A stretch of DNA of 64,000 nucleotides from Octopus vulgaris. Taxonomy: Eukaryota. Below, one piece after another: positions 39,857-54,240 of the stretch; the stretch's first letter is position 1, and every line of letters begins with the position of its first letter. The notes beneath the pieces are model-generated. The model was not told the DNA's origin. It worked only from the letters and a program-made list of their open reading frames with translations, and did no database searches. Location of the stretch: positions 78,554,001 through 78,618,000 of the forward strand of contig OX597814.1 in NCBI GenBank assembly GCA_951406725.2. Direction: 5' to 3'. Position numbers and translations under genes: made by a program.

Positions 39857-42800
39857 CTGAAAATATATATAAAAAAACAAACAAACAAAACAACATAAAA
39901 ATCAGTAAAAGTTGTTGTAAATAACTAAATCATCATTATCAATACAATCTGACTCCTTAAAGAGTAACCTTATTTTAAGATTTTCAATGAAATTTGCTGT
40001 GTTAGTAACAAATAAGACAGTAGAACTGGTACTTTGCCACCATCTCTCTTTCACTCATCTCTCTCTTGCTCTCTCTCACCCTTCACTTTCTTGCACTCTC
40101 ACACTCTCGCTCTCTTCCACTCCCTCTCTCATTCTTGATCACTCTCTTTGTGTCTGTCCTGCTCTCTCCCTCTCACTGGGTAGCCATGCATCTCTTCTAT
40201 AGTAAGATGCCTGTTTCTATCCCCCTGTCACACTTTAATCTCTCATCACCACCTCTGAGGTGCAGTAAAGTGGCAAGCAGGTAGAATCATTAGCAATCTG
40301 GGCCAAATGCTTAGTGGCATTTTGTCCATCTGCACGGTCTGAGTTCAAATTCTGCCACCTCCTCTGATGCCCCACCTCCCAAAGGATCTTTATCTTGTGA
40401 GTCAGTTGGTGACCCCACTAGTACTGGCAACACACAAAAAGCATCCATGTCTCATTGTAAAGTGGTTGGTGTTTGAAAGAGCATCCAGCTGTAAAAAACC
40501 ATAACAAAACAGACCTCACTGGTGCCATGCAAAAAGCACTGCCCAGTCTGTAAGTTTGCTGGTGTTAGGAAGGGTATCCAACTGTAAAAACCATGCTGAA
40601 TAGACAGTGAAGCCTGGTGCAGTCTTCTGGCTTGTCAGCTCCTGACAAACCATCCAACCCATGCCAGTATGGAAAATGGACATTAAATGATGATGGAACC
40701 AGGGCAAGCAGTAACATTCATGAATCTTTCAGTTTGTTAACAATCTTTCCAAATTAGAAACATTGATGTGGTTGATGTTCAAGGTAGTTGGGGAGATTAT
40801 CAACAAATTTCCACATCTGCAAGGTCAAGACAGGTTTATTGCATCTCTATGATTTTGAAATGAGTTATTGCTACAGTAATTTACAATAATTTATTGCATA
40901 ATCAATTAAGTGTAAGGCAGTGAGCTGGCACAATTGGACTCATTGGACAAAATACTTAGCAAATTTTTTTCTGGTTCTTTATGTACTGAGTTGAAATGAC
41001 CCCAAAATTGACTTTGCTTTTCATTTTTTGGGGGACAGTAAAATAAGTATCAGTTGAGCACTGGGGGCCAATGTAACTGACTTACTCTTGCCTCTAAAAG
41101 TGCTGGTCTTGTGCCTTTGGATTCTTTTGCTTTTGGCTTATTTATTATTTAGCTTCAAGTCATGTAGCTTGGAGTGTACAAGTTCCTAGTGACTCTGACC
41201 CTTCCATATGGGTGTGAAAGCTGGACCCTTACAGCTGACATGGTTCAAAGGGGCATTTAAGCACAAGTGCTTCAGAAGGCTGATACACAACCCATATACA
41301 GAGCACAGAATGAACAGTTTTGTCTGGCAGCAAGTCGAAAAATATGCTGGCACACAGGATCCACTTATTGTGCAGGTAAAAATATGAATGCTAGTCTGGG
41401 GCTGTCATGTATCCTGCAAAAACTCTCTGTCCAAAACAATTCTTCAGGCTACATTTAAGGGAGGGTGAAAGAGAGGCAAACAGAGAAGATCTAGGTTTGA
41501 CTAACATCAAGGACTGGATGGGTCACAACACTGGGAATGCTGCACATGACAGAGAACAGAAACCAGCACTAACAGCTGACTATGAAAGTATCTACAGTAG
41601 CATACCAATGACTGGTTGCTTCAGTTAAGGGATCTTGATGATGATGAGCTTCAAGTCAACTCAGAGATCAGTCATAAATAATCAAAGGCATTACATCTAT
41701 TACTCTTCACATAATGTATCTATAACTATATTATTTAATTTATTCTTTCTCTTTTTAGGGTAACTAACACAATGACGGAGATAAGCTGCTATTTCTAGTA
41801 GATTAAATGATTATGTAAAAGCACACTCTTTGATTCTTGTTTATTTGTTTCAAATTCTATCCATCCATCTTCTCCACCCACTATTCCTGGGAGAGTCATG
41901 GAACCAAGTCCTTAAGTATCTCCTCCATAGGGACCTCTCAGAAGCAAAGCATCATTACACTTTCTGTCTGGATTCCAAAGTATGACCAGTAGAGACAATG
42001 AATATTCTCCAAAAATATCATTTTTGGTCTACCCCTAGGTCTGTTGCTTGCTGACTCGGCTTGAAGAATTCATCCTGCAACTCTTTCCTGCAACATTCCA
42101 GTCACATGTCTATAGTACCAGGGCTGTGACTTCTCAAGTAATGGCTCAAGTGGAGAGACTTTTTGGTCTCTGAGTTATACATCCTGTTGAGAAGCATTAC
42201 TCCAAAGACCAATTGGAGGAACCTAGTTTTGGTTACTTTTTGTCATTACTCACCATACATGACTATACGTAAGGACAGGCATGAAAACTGAATTGAACAC
42301 AATGTGTTTACCGATCATCTACAGTAGTCAAAATTCTATTTATATGCATAATTTTGTGTTAGACATGAACTAAATGCTTTCATTTCTAATGCAAAGTTTC
42401 ATTTTCTTATCCATTATGTTTTAGTCATGTAAAATAAAGACAAATCAATTTTGATGATTATCATCGTAAACACCTCAGCATAGATGTGAAAAAAAGCTAA
42501 GTGAAAAGTAATGTGAACAGAATCACAAAGACAAAATCAGGAGGCTTATAAAGCCACACTTTTAAGCCATTTGACTAATTAGTTTTTTACTTGTTTCACT
42601 CATTGGACTGTGGCCATGCTTGAACCATTGTAGGATGAGTCAAACAAACTGACTCCAGTACTTTTCAAAATCTGGTACTTATTCTAGTGATCCCTTTGTT
42701 AAAGTGCAAAGTAATGGGGGATGTGAACAAACCAACACCAGCTATCAGGTAGTGGGGGAACAAACACAGAAACACACACATATATATATATATATATATA

Positions 42801-43479
42801 CACACACAAACACAATTTGGTGGCCTTCTCACAGTTTCCATCTAGCAAATTCACTGACAAGGAATTGCCTGGCCCAGGTCTAGAGTAGAAGACACTTGCC
42901 TAAAGTGCTATACAATAGGACTGAACCTGAAACCATGAGGCTGAGAAGTGAACTTCTTAACTACACATCCATGTCGGTATCTTATAGGCAAAAATTTACT
43001 TCTAACAAGCTCTAGTTTACAGATGTAAAGTCCTCAACTCCTCTAAAACAGCTAGCTTCATATGCCATCCATCCATTCCCATGCACATCACCTCCCTGAT
43101 CTTGCTCTAAACACTTTTTCCAATCCTTCTTCCTTAGAATTAGAACCCTCTAGACTTCTTTCACCAGATTCACTTTTCCTGCAGACATTGATCTGAAGAT
43201 AGTCAAATTAGGTATTAACTGTATTTATCTTGCTAGTGTTGAGTGAGGGCCTGTGGAAGTCATGGAAAGTCCTTTCTCTCCTTTGATTCTTTCACTGAAA
43301 AGAAAACTCAATCTAAAATCATCTTTGAACTTATGGCCTGAATCTGTAGTCTAGCAGCCTTGTCTTTTGTCAGTGGGAGTCAGGTAGAGAGAAGAAGAAA
43401 AGAAGTTCATGACGAATATATTTCTATCCTGAAGAAATTTATTGATCAAAAATAAATAATAAACATATATTTTACTTAC

Positions 43480-43521
43480 CTAATTACAGACGCTACAGAA
43501 GTTGAAAGCCCTCCTTTAGAT
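43480..43521 (-). CDS. TMEM135: TMEM135 internal exon (42 nt): (R)SKGGLSTSVASVI(R)
   Basis: Polypyrimidine tract plus CAG acceptor and GTAAGT donor. The terminal AG joins the leading A of the next exon to make an Arg codon. Resembles the short vertebrate TMEM135 segment RCKDGLKGFTFSALR. Confidence 0.8.
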
Positions 43522-43565
43522 CTGAGAATAGAGAAATAAAATGATTTTCAGATTTGAAGGAAACA

Positions 43566-43597
<32 letters not shown>

Positions 43598-43952
43598 TAA
43601 GGAATGTGTATGTGTTAATTGTGATTTCAACCTTCTAGGAACTCATTGACTTTTACATGGCCAAGAGCATATGCTCTCATAATGGATTCTGTTCTTCTTT
43701 TACAGGTCTTAATCATTGGGCTGTGGACATGTTAGGGAAACACCTTCAAAGGTTTTAATCAAGCCAAGAATATCTAATACTTAGTATGTTACTCATTTTT
43801 TCCTTAAATTTCAAGTCAATTAATGGCTAAGTTCATCAAAGTATGACCTTTTAGAGCAATGGTTCTCAACCAGGGTTGATATGAAACCTAGAGGCCCACA
43901 CAAGTAAAATACTTGAGCAAAATATTTTTCATGGACCCTTAAAATACTACAT

Positions 43953-44260
43953 TCATCTTGATAGAGTAAAAGAAGCGAGAAGGCCTGATTTAGTAGTAGT
44001 AGACAAAGAGAACAGAAAGTGCCAGATAATCGACTTTACAGTCCCCAACGACAGGGAAATCAATATGAGAGATATAGAGAAAATAGCAAAGTACCAGGAC
44101 CATTGAGTTAAAAAGCCCATTGAAAGTGTGGGTAAAATGTATCCTGTAGTTATAGGTGCATTAGGAACTATCCTTAAATATTTGAATAAATGGAGAGAGG
44201 AAATAAGCACAAAACCAAGTTTAGTGCAATTCCAGAAAACAGTCTGATGAGACAGCTAAA
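43953..44260 (+). mobile_element. REL-endonuclease fragment of an R4/Dong-like retrotransposon
   Basis: Plus strand reads ARRPDLVVVDKENRKCQIIDFTVPND....EKIAKYQD and PVVIGALGTI. Confidence 0.75.
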
Positions 44261-45197
44261 ATACTTAGAAAGGTTCTTGGCAGCTAAGGTTACTTGTTGT
44301 AGCCTGATGTCAAGAATTTTTCTTTTCCAACAGTTTAATCTGCTGTGCATGTATAAAATGACAATAATAATAAAATATATATTTGTGTATGTATATATCA
44401 TTGTCATGGCTATCTCTCGAGGCTGAGGTTGATATTCATTGTTTTTTTTTTATATTTTAGTTATTGATGGATAACTGAGTCTATAAGAGGAGCTTACTGT
44501 GATAGCCACAAGATTCTCTGAATCAATATATTTTAGTGTGTGTGTGTGTATTTCTGATTTCACTTAGTCATAGCAATACTAATAACCAGTTGCAAGAGCT
44601 TTAGAGTAAAATGTTATTAGAATACAGAATATAATATCAGTTAATGAATGACACATGAATATGAGTTATGTAAACACCTTTACTAGCTTACAACTGTTTC
44701 TGTTATTGGAATCAGTGCACTCAGAGCTGAATGCTTGTGCAACATCCTAAGTAAAGCTTCCTCCAAAGCCTTACATTAAAACATATAATCCAGATAAATA
44801 AAAAAATCAAAAAAAAAAAAAGAAAAAAGAGTGAAAATAAAGCTACATTGATTGGGTCCTCTGAAACTGAGTAAGAAATGGGGAGGATTAAAAAAAAGTG
44901 AATTCAGAATTCAGAAAAAAATTTAGAAAAGAAGTGAAAAATAAAAGAAAAAGTCATGGTAGCTTTTTTATTTACTTTTTTGCAGAATTATAAGAACCAA
45001 TTTTTAAAGTATAAAATATCCCCCCACCAAAATCTTCTAAACTGAAAAGCGTTTGTTGCACAGCTCTGCAATGACACCATTTTCCTTGTTTGTGATACAA
45101 TGCTACTGACTTCACATATGCCTAATCATTTTGGTTTCATCTCTCTCACACTCGCTTTCTTTTTATATGTATCTAAGTCTATAACTTTGCCTTCACA

Positions 45198-45264
<67 letters not shown>

Positions 45265-46159
45265 CAGTTCTGTGAATATTTTTCAGCTTTTATAATAAAG
45301 CATATTACTCTACCCTTAGTACTCAAATACTATTTTTTCCACAGTGTTTTGCACCTATGTGCTTATCTGTGTATACATACAAATATATATATATACATGT
45401 ATACATACATTTATTTTAAAATGTATTACATATGTGTGTGTGTATGCATATATGTATATATGTATGTATTGTCTGTCTTGTGACCATGTGGCTTTTTTGT
45501 TGTATATGTATTTTTTATTTTGTGTTTGCTTTTGTAATTGTTCTGTACACTCATGAGCTATTCCCAAAGGATTTTTGCCACTGGCACCACCATAAGTGAA
45601 CAATATCAACGTTAAAGGCATGAAATAGTAAAGATCTTCTGGAAGTTGACTGTCTGTTGGGTTTTTGTTAAATTTTTGAAATATATATGAATGTGTGTGT
45701 GTGTCTGTGCATACACACATGTGTGTTACAGACTTTGATACATTTATTGTACATAACTTACTATCTACCTGAGGTTTGTCACATATATGATCATTGTCCA
45801 TCAGGCTGTCCCCCTCTCTCTCTCTAAAAATAGTAATGGAAATTATAAGAGTGTTATAGATACATATAATAGAGCGAGAGAGAGGGGGGAAAGACAAAGT
45901 TTCAAGAGAAACTAGAGGAAGAAAAACAGATTAATATCACACTAAGTTAAGCACATTGTGACAATGTATCTTTGCTTCTCCCTTACATTTCAATGTTCTA
46001 TGCTTTTATTTTCTCTCACTGCTATTCATTCAAATTTGTGTTTCTCTTCTCTCCCACTACAACACTTTTTCAACTTTCTATTATTTGTTTTCTTGACAGA
46101 CAGAAGGATGTGGCTAGAGGTGTAGGTCGTCCCTATCTAGACCTCCCTCTATGTTAAGG

Positions 46160-46700
46160 TGTTCTAACTCAAGTTGAGATAATAGGTATATTCCTACTAG
46201 ATCTGTTATTTGGGCAGAGTCTGGGGCATCTATGGGTATATCAAAACAATCCCTAGTGTCTTTCCTAGCCCATAGTTTATTTTTAGGGATTTTAGGGATT
46301 TTCTCGCTGTTAGCACTATTACTTCATCATATGTCATCTTAACCTTTTTCATAGCATACATGAGGGCTTTATTAAGAATAATCTCGTTAATAGATGAATA
46401 ATAATTTTCTATATCCATTTGGATGAACTTGCACTTATTTTTATCTTTGATATTTTTGAACCAATTTAACATATCTCGGGTACAACTTCAAAGTTTAAGG
46501 TTATTTAACGTATTAAGTTTATCTATATATTTATCCAGTATAAGTTTACTGAGTCTTCCTATATTGGACTTACATGGGCATATCAGTCTTCCTTGTGGGT
46601 TAGAATAAAAATTGATTTCATGGTCCTTAAAGGTTATTCTGGGATGCAAAGGGACATATGGTTCTGTTCTATTTTCTAAATCACATTTTGTCATGATTTT
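46160..46700 (-). mobile_element. Penelope-like RT fragment, inverted relative to the adjacent 3' part
   Basis: PRITFKDH..NF..NPQGRLICPCKSNIG and WF.NI.DK..CKFIQMDIENYY.SI motifs of PLE RT. Confidence 0.82.
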
Positions 46701-47242
46701 TTAGATATATTGTTAATATTATTTAATTGAATTTCACTAACTAAATAATCCAAATAAACATGATAAGCATAAATATTATATACCCTTGAAGAACACACTG
46801 ACAACGATGAAAAATAATAATGATAATTACAATAATAGTAATAATAATTATAATAACAATAAAAATAAACATAATAAGGAAATTATATGGCTAATTATCC
46901 CTTATGGGGCCCAAATTAAAACTAATATTATTAAAGAAATTTTGAACATAATAAAAACATCCTTTAAAAAGACCGATACGTACTCAAAAATATTATCCAA
47001 TAAAACTATCAGAGTGGGCTATTCTACAACAAGGAATGTAATATATCCTCAATAAACAATTTCAAATTAAACAAATTTTAAAATAATAATATAACTAATA
47101 TTAACCATAGCTACAGCAGAACTGTCACAAACAATAAACATAACCGTAATTTAAATAAATGTACACGTAAAGACAAATCCAAATGTAGGATTAATAATAA
47201 TTGCAATCTAGATAACATAATTTATAAATGTATAGTAACCTC

Positions 47243-47284
<42 letters not shown>

Positions 47285-48700
47285 TATTAAAAATAAAGAA
47301 TATATTGGATCCACAGTGAAATAAATTAAAAGAAGAATTTCCCAGCATTATCAGTCTTTCAAACATCTTAAATTAAAAAATTCTACAGGTCTAAGTAAAT
47401 ACATATGGGAGTTAAAATGTAATAAGATAGAATACACCCTTAATTGGTATATTATTTGTAGATTGAACTCATAAGATAGGTAAGAAAACGTGCTTTCTAT
47501 GTACAACAGAGTTTATGAAAATACTCCAGCTGAGAGTTATTAATAAACACTAATGAAGAGAGAGGAATAAAATGCCAACATAGGAACAGCTTTAAGTATA
47601 ATAATATGAAAAATATATAAAATAACCCCCACCCCAGCATATCATCTCCACACACTTATGAAGTATATAGTTACTAGAAGTTTTAATACTATTTATAGTA
47701 GTATTATATACATATATACTTTGAACTAAGTATTTATTAAACAATATTACCTTTAAATGAATAATCATACCACATTTATGTAACATAAATCTCAAAATCT
47801 ACAACACTTCAAAATTCCATTTATCACTAGCTTTATGATTATAGCCCCATTCCTAGTTATTATCTCCCCTTAGCTTCAACTTCTCTTATAGTATTATTTT
47901 TAGAGTATTTTTCAGGGTATTTTATTTCATTCTTTTATGTTATACGCAATTCCCATAATACTTAGCGTCTGACAGTGGGAGCAGCCATTTGCTCTTGAAC
48001 TTGCAGGATTAAACCTTACATCATAAAGTAATATACCTTTTTTACTTCTTTTATTCACTAAGTTTCTAACGCAAGTAGTATTTACTAATTAACCTTTATT
48101 CTAGACTACTAACTCACATTTAACATAAAATATGTTATATTATACTAGTACTAACAAAAGTATATTTTACACTAAATTATTATAAGTAATATAATTTCTA
48201 TAATATTCATTTAGATATATTATAAGATTTGATATGTTTCTATTTCAATCATTAAAATTTCCTTTGGTAGAGTATTTTCAATATATATCTTAATTATACT
48301 TTAGATATTTAATATTTTAAAATCTATTAATAGTTTATATATTTAATATAATTTTTAACTTTTAATTTTTAACTTTTACCCATACATAATAATAATATAC
48401 ATAGCCTGAGGATGCACTGGTGGATTTATGTATTAAATATAACCTTAATACACACCCCACTAGTGCAGAAATACGTGTAGCAATTACTTGAACTACCTTC
48501 TTTTCCCACAGATTAATAACAGGTAAGATATATTTATTTAACTAATTTTATTTTATGTTATTTTTATTATTTTATTTTATTTAATTTTCTCTGAGCATAC
48601 CCTACCATAAGGTTATCCTGAAATAGGAGTTGCTTATCTATTGGAAAATATCCCAAATTTGTAGTAATAATAATATTATAAAATATACTTTTCACATTTC
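46700..48700 (+). mobile_element. Penelope-like 3' part: linker, GIY-YIG endonuclease remnant and pLTR with hammerhead motif
   Basis: IIWLIIPYG..IKTNI, NKTIRVGYS and NIIYKC.V...EYIGST..IKRRI.QH..SF.....NSTGLSKYIWELK. Hammerhead at 48401-48484. Confidence 0.82.
48401..48484 (+). ncRNA. Type I hammerhead motif (C3G8) in Penelope pLTR
   Basis: ATAGC-CTGAGGA-TGCACTGGTGG...CCACTAGTGCA-GAAA-TACGTG-TA-GCAAT. Long stem II and near-palindromic stem III. Confidence 0.75.
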
Positions 48701-48770
48701 ATTAGAAAAGTGTAAATTAACAAACTTCCTGATAACCTGGAATACTTGTTATTCCCTGATATATTATAAC

Positions 48771-49062
48771 TATATATATATACATACATACACATATATA
48801 TACATATATACATACACATATATATACATATATATATATATATACATACATACACATATATATATACATACATACATACACATATATATACATACATACA
48901 TACACATATATATATATACATACATACATACACATATATATATACATACATACACATATATATATACATACATACACATATATATATACATACATACACA
49001 TATATATATACATACATACACATATATATACATACATACACATATATACATACATACATACA

Positions 49063-49140
<78 letters not shown>

Positions 49141-49176
49141 GGTATATACATATATGTGCGTGTGTGTGTGTGTGTG
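48771..49176. repeat. Compound (TA)/(TACA)/(CA) microsatellite
   Basis: Direct inspection. Confidence 0.9.
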
Positions 49177-49177
49177 T

Positions 49178-49333
49178 AAAATTAAAGAAATTGGAGTCAG
49201 CAAGAAGGAGTATAGTTGAACAGTTATTTCTTAATCACTACAATTGTTTCCACCCATGTTTGGTGGAAACAATTGTAGTGGTTAAAAATAACTGTCCAGC
49301 CATACTCCTGGCTGACTCAATTTCTTTAATTTC
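49178..49333. repeat. Near-perfect ~75-bp-arm hairpin containing GAAACAATTGTA
   Basis: aaattaaagaaattggagtcagc...cactacaattgtttccacc pairs with ggtggaaacaattgtagtg...gctgactcaatttctttaattt. Confidence 0.8.
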
Positions 49334-50986
49334 ATATTCACACACGACAAATAGGCAAACATGGAAGTATATAATAATGCTATCGGATAGAATTGGGTAA
49401 TTCTGAGGGTAGACAAGCTTTATACTGTATTCTGCCATGTTCCTAACAGAATATACCATAACTATACATATATATGTGTGTGTATATATTAGAGGAAATA
49501 GAGAAATATAATTGACATACTAAAAATTTATTTACATTATAATATAAAATAATATAATGTAAAAATTTATTTATTTGTGGTATTCATTAGGTTGTCATTT
49601 GGAATACTATGCATAAGAAAAACAAGCAATATTTATTTATAGAAGGTGTCACAAATTTTATTTGCTTTTGCATTGTCACAAGTAACAGAAACATTGAAAT
49701 GAGAGCATTGTATACTGACACCTTAAATTTAAATAATAAAACAACACAAATAAAGAACAAAAATTTCAACATATTTTAAACAGGAAATGGCAAATCAGTT
49801 AATGCCCTAATTATAATCAGGATGAGTTTATGTATAGAAACAAAACCTGCTTATTCAACTTATAATTGTAGATTTAAATACAATTTTAAAACTTGTAATG
49901 GATCCTTTTGGACATAACAAACTATAACTAACCTAATCATAATTAATGATAATAAAAAACCAAAAAATACATAGCTAAGAAGCTATAATCCCTCTTTAAT
50001 AATCTCTACTCATAATTTCCTTTTCCATCTAATTAATATTTGTTACTCTAATACCCATATACCCCAAAATAGAAAAAAGTTATGAAAAACTTAATTATTA
50101 ATACATATACACACTTTTATAACTAGCAATAGATTTGCTGAAAGGCATGTAAGTTCATTTACTTATTAACTTGGATATTAGAAAAGAAAATCTAAGAGAC
50201 TTCTTTTGAGTAAACATTACTCAATCGTCTAAGAATAAGGTTTTCAATTTTCAAATTTTTTTTATAGTTAAGAATGTTTTCTAAAATTAAAAAGTATAGT
50301 GAACTGGCCTGGGCTTTACTTCTCTTATTTATTAGCTTCAAATTTCAGCACATGGCCAACAATTTCAGGGAGTGAGTAAGTCAATTCCATCACCCCCAGA
50401 GCTCAACTGGTACTTATTTTATCGATTTTGAAAGGATGAAAAGCAAAGTTGACCTTGGTGGAATCTGAATGTGAAAAGATGAATGAAATGCTGCTAAGCA
50501 TTTTTCCGGCTTTGGCTCTGTAGTACAAATGTCTTGTTTTCATAAGTTTTGAATTAAAATCTTCCACCAAACCTTAGTCATAATTTATGATCCTAACACT
50601 AGCTTAATGGTAACTAAGTTATGTTACTAAAAGTCTTTGTTATATTTAAAGTAATTGAAAGAAACAAAGAGCATCTCAAAATAAATACAGTAATGAAAGG
50701 GTAAGGCAACTGGTATGCGTTTTGTTATATTTTTACTTTGACCATGGTACAGCACTATGTGTAGTTCACCAGATCCTGTCAAACTGTCCAACCCATGCCA
50801 GCATGGAAAACAGACATTGATGATGATGATGCAAGCATGACTGTATAGTTAAGAAGTCTACTTTGCAACCAGAGGGTTACAGGTTGGATCTCACTGAACA
50901 AAACTCAGGACAAATGTCTTTACAATAATCTTAGGGTTGATGAAAAACTTGTGAATGAAATTTACTTGATGTATGTATGTATGTGT

Positions 50987-51320
50987 GAAGGCGCATGGCT
51001 CAGTGGTTAGAGCATTGAGCTTATGATTGTGAGGTTGTGAGTTCAATTCCTAGACCAGGCTGTGCATTGTGTTCTTGAGCAAGACACTTTATTTCACGTT
51101 GCTCCAGTTCACTCAGCTGTAGAAATGAGTTGCAACATCACTGGTGCCAAGCTGTATTGTCCTTTTCTTTCCCTTGGATAACATCAGTGGCATGGAGAGG
51201 GGAGGCTGGTATGCATGGGTGACTGCTGGCCTTCCATAAACAACTTTGCCTGGACTTGTACCTCAGAGGGTAACTTTCTAGGTGCAATCCCATGGTCATT
51301 CATGACCGAAGGGGGTCTCC
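50987..51320 (+). mobile_element. tRNA-derived SINE family A copy
   Basis: Colinear and highly similar to 4980-5318. Confidence 0.8.
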
Positions 51321-51513
51321 CATGTATGTATGCACATGTGTGTGTGTTTTTGCATGTGTGCGTATGCCTACACACAGGGAAAATCATGAGTATTAAATGT
51401 AAAGGCTTTGCAGTATTTCTATCAGATTTAGTTATATTCCCTTCTCAGTGATTGACTTTGCTTTTGTTCTCCTCTGAGGTTGATGAAGTTAATGTCACAA
51501 AGAACTGAGTTCA

Positions 51514-51795
51514 ATGTATTCAACAAAAATTTACTTGAAGACAGTGCTGGAGAATTTCTATGACTTCACCAGCTCCAATTTCTGGCTTCCTAATTCTCCC
51601 AATTGCAATCCCATGGTTTATTATGTGTGGGGTATGGTCGAGAAAGACATCAACAACTCTGCCTGTAATACCAAGGCTGAGTTGGTGGTTAAAATCAAAG
51701 AGGTGTTCAAAGATCTTCCCAGAGACACAATGAAGAACACATATGCCAAGTTCTGGAGCCATCCTGAGGCTGTGGTGGAAGCTGAGTATGGCTAA
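51514..51795 (+). mobile_element. Tc1/mariner-superfamily transposase C-terminal fragment
   Basis: FWLPNSPNCNPMVYYVWG resembles the WPPxSPDLNPxDYxVWG motif. Confidence 0.75.
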
Positions 51796-51929
51796 ATCAA
51801 ATAACTTATAATCTAATTGATATTTTTGATTTTTTTAGATACTTTAATTTTTGAATTGGATATTGTGTTTTTACTTCATCTTTGTATCTGGTTTGGAAAA
51901 TTCTTTATGTGAATTCATGTACTGAAACA

Positions 51930-52256
51930 AATTTTGTTGTATCTCAGGAGAGTTATTATGCCAATATTATTAACACATGCACTGGTTCAATTCCACTCCT
52001 TTGTTATTAGTCAATTGGTTAAATATCCACCTAACTGATCAATTCTCAAAAATCATTGTAAAGGTTGCAAGTAGCAATGAAAGAGCTTTTGCAAACAAAA
52101 ACAAAACAAATGACTTACTGTTTAACCAAATTAAACAAACAATTGATTAGTTAGTTGGATATTTAACCAATTGACTAATAATAAAGGAGTGGAATTGAAC
52201 TAGTGTTTGTGTAAACAATATTGGCATAATGACTCTCTCTAGACACAACAAAACAT
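51930..52256. repeat. Foldback element, related family
   Basis: atgccaatatt...ttcaattccactcctttgttattagtcaattggttaaatatcca pairs with tggatatttaaccaattgactaataataaaggagtggaattgaa...aatattggcat. Confidence 0.8.
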
Positions 52257-54240
52257 TGTATTTTTTTCCTTTTATGCAAAATGTCAAATTTAGCCAGAAC
52301 ATCCAGTAAGTCTAGTATCTCAGCCAACAGAATAGTCAGAGAAAAATACTAACAAAAATGAAATGTAAATTAAATTTAATGGCTCAAATTATAATAATTA
52401 AAGCAAAAGAAGATGGATGGCCAGTAAAAAGATAAATGCTGTAGTCAAGAAGATAAAGATTATGAATATTTGCATTTACTAAAATATTTGCAGAAGGAGA
52501 CAGCATCTAGAATTTATATAGGGAGACAATTATTTTGTAGTTTAGATAAATGAAAAAGATAAATAAGCAAAATGAAAATAGAATGGCACATTGCCTATTT
52601 TGCTAATAAATGAGAAGACAGCCGGCCAACCCTCCAAAACCATTACTGTACATACTCAAGTTATTTAATTAGCAGCTAACCACTGGATTCTAATTTAATG
52701 AGCAAGCCAACATTATTGTATGAAAGATGTTTGTGTAGATAATGTATGTTTTACTTTTTTTTTTAAACACAGAGATTAGAGAGAGAGATAAACATGATTA
52801 TCTTGAAGCAAAAGTATACCCTATAGACTGAAAGGCATCGTGTTACCAAGTGAATTAAATTCTGTTTGTTTGCTTTTGTTAATGTGTTTAAGTTGATCGA
52901 TAGCTAACATGGGGCAACAGTGGCTGATTATGAACTTGTTTCAATTGAAGTTCAGTAAATACACATAGGACAGCAAATTTCCAGTCCATTTATATATGAT
53001 AGTTTATGATAAGTGAACAGTGTCATAAATTTGAAGTCAACTCAGAGAAAAGAGTGCCAATCTATCTAAATGACTAAGACCAGTGACAGATCTAATTACT
53101 AAAGTAATCTAGTGTGGTGGTGGTGGTGGTACATATAGTTACAGATCTAAACAAGAGACTCCATGGTACCCAGTTCTGTATTTGAAATTTTCTGATTTTA
53201 AGCATAGTTAGTTTGGTTGTTAATTTGTTATTCCTTCATACATAACTTGCATAATGATAAGCATCAGTAATATATTGGTTTCACAGTTTGGTACAAGGCT
53301 AGCAGCTTTTCAGAAGGGGAGTAAGTCGATTGCATCAGCCTCAGTGCTCAATTAGTACTTATTTTATTGACCCCTGAAAGGATGAAAGGCAAAGTTGACC
53401 TTCACAGAATTTGAACTCAGAATGTAACAATGGGTAAAATAACACTAAGCATTTTGTCTGGTGTACTAATGATTCTGCCAGCTTGCCACCTTAAAGCATC
53501 AGTAATACATTGGTAAAGGAAAACACCCTCTTGATTGGAAAAAGGGAAGCACATGTCAGAAAATGTAGCCTTATACTTTCCCAGAAAGAAAAGAAAAAGA
53601 TGAGAGGATCACAATCTATTTGATTAGGGTTGACCAGGGTCTAAAAAAACAACAATTTCTATAAACTTAACTCTTTAGAGAAATAGATGTTCAAACAGAT
53701 AGTATGAAGATTAAAATTACTAAAACTGAGTAAATTTAAACACTTTAAGCAAACTAATATGAAAGACAAGAAACATAACTCTTGGCACATTGATTTAAAT
53801 CCAACTACATACACACCATTGTGTTCTTAACCTGTTTTTGTTTTAATCATATTTCTGTTGAAATACATTGCCTTTGTTGCAATAAATTTTGAAAATATAA
53901 ATAATTTTGTAAAATAATTTTGTCATTATTAAAGATAATGTTTGGAATATGAATTAACATGAAATTAACACAAAACATTTTAATTTGGATCGTTTTCAAA
54001 ACAAAAAAGCTTGTATCACAGAACAAGGGCTTATCTCAGGGAGGTTGGTATCAAAAGGGTTAAAAGACTTTCACATAATTTTGTACTATAGGCAAGTACA
54101 GTTGCCTATAGTATGAAATTATAGGCAACTCTTTCCTTATTTGCAAGAGGCTGAAGCTGTGGAACGATAAGTAGTGGTCAGAATATGCATGACAAAGTTC
54201 CAATTTCCAGCTGGCACAAATTTTACTAAATTCACTGACA

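Noticed and set aside
44687-44728. Possible hammerhead remnant (AGCT-CTGAGTG...GAAACAGTTGTA-AGCT, minus strand); similar remnant at about 34136-34175
   Set aside because: The core and stem II are too degenerate to call individually.
49700-49772. Hydrophobic minus-strand stretch (FLFFICVVLLFKF) as a candidate upstream TMEM135 exon
   Set aside because: No convincing acceptor/donor pair and a poor match. AT-rich composition explains it.
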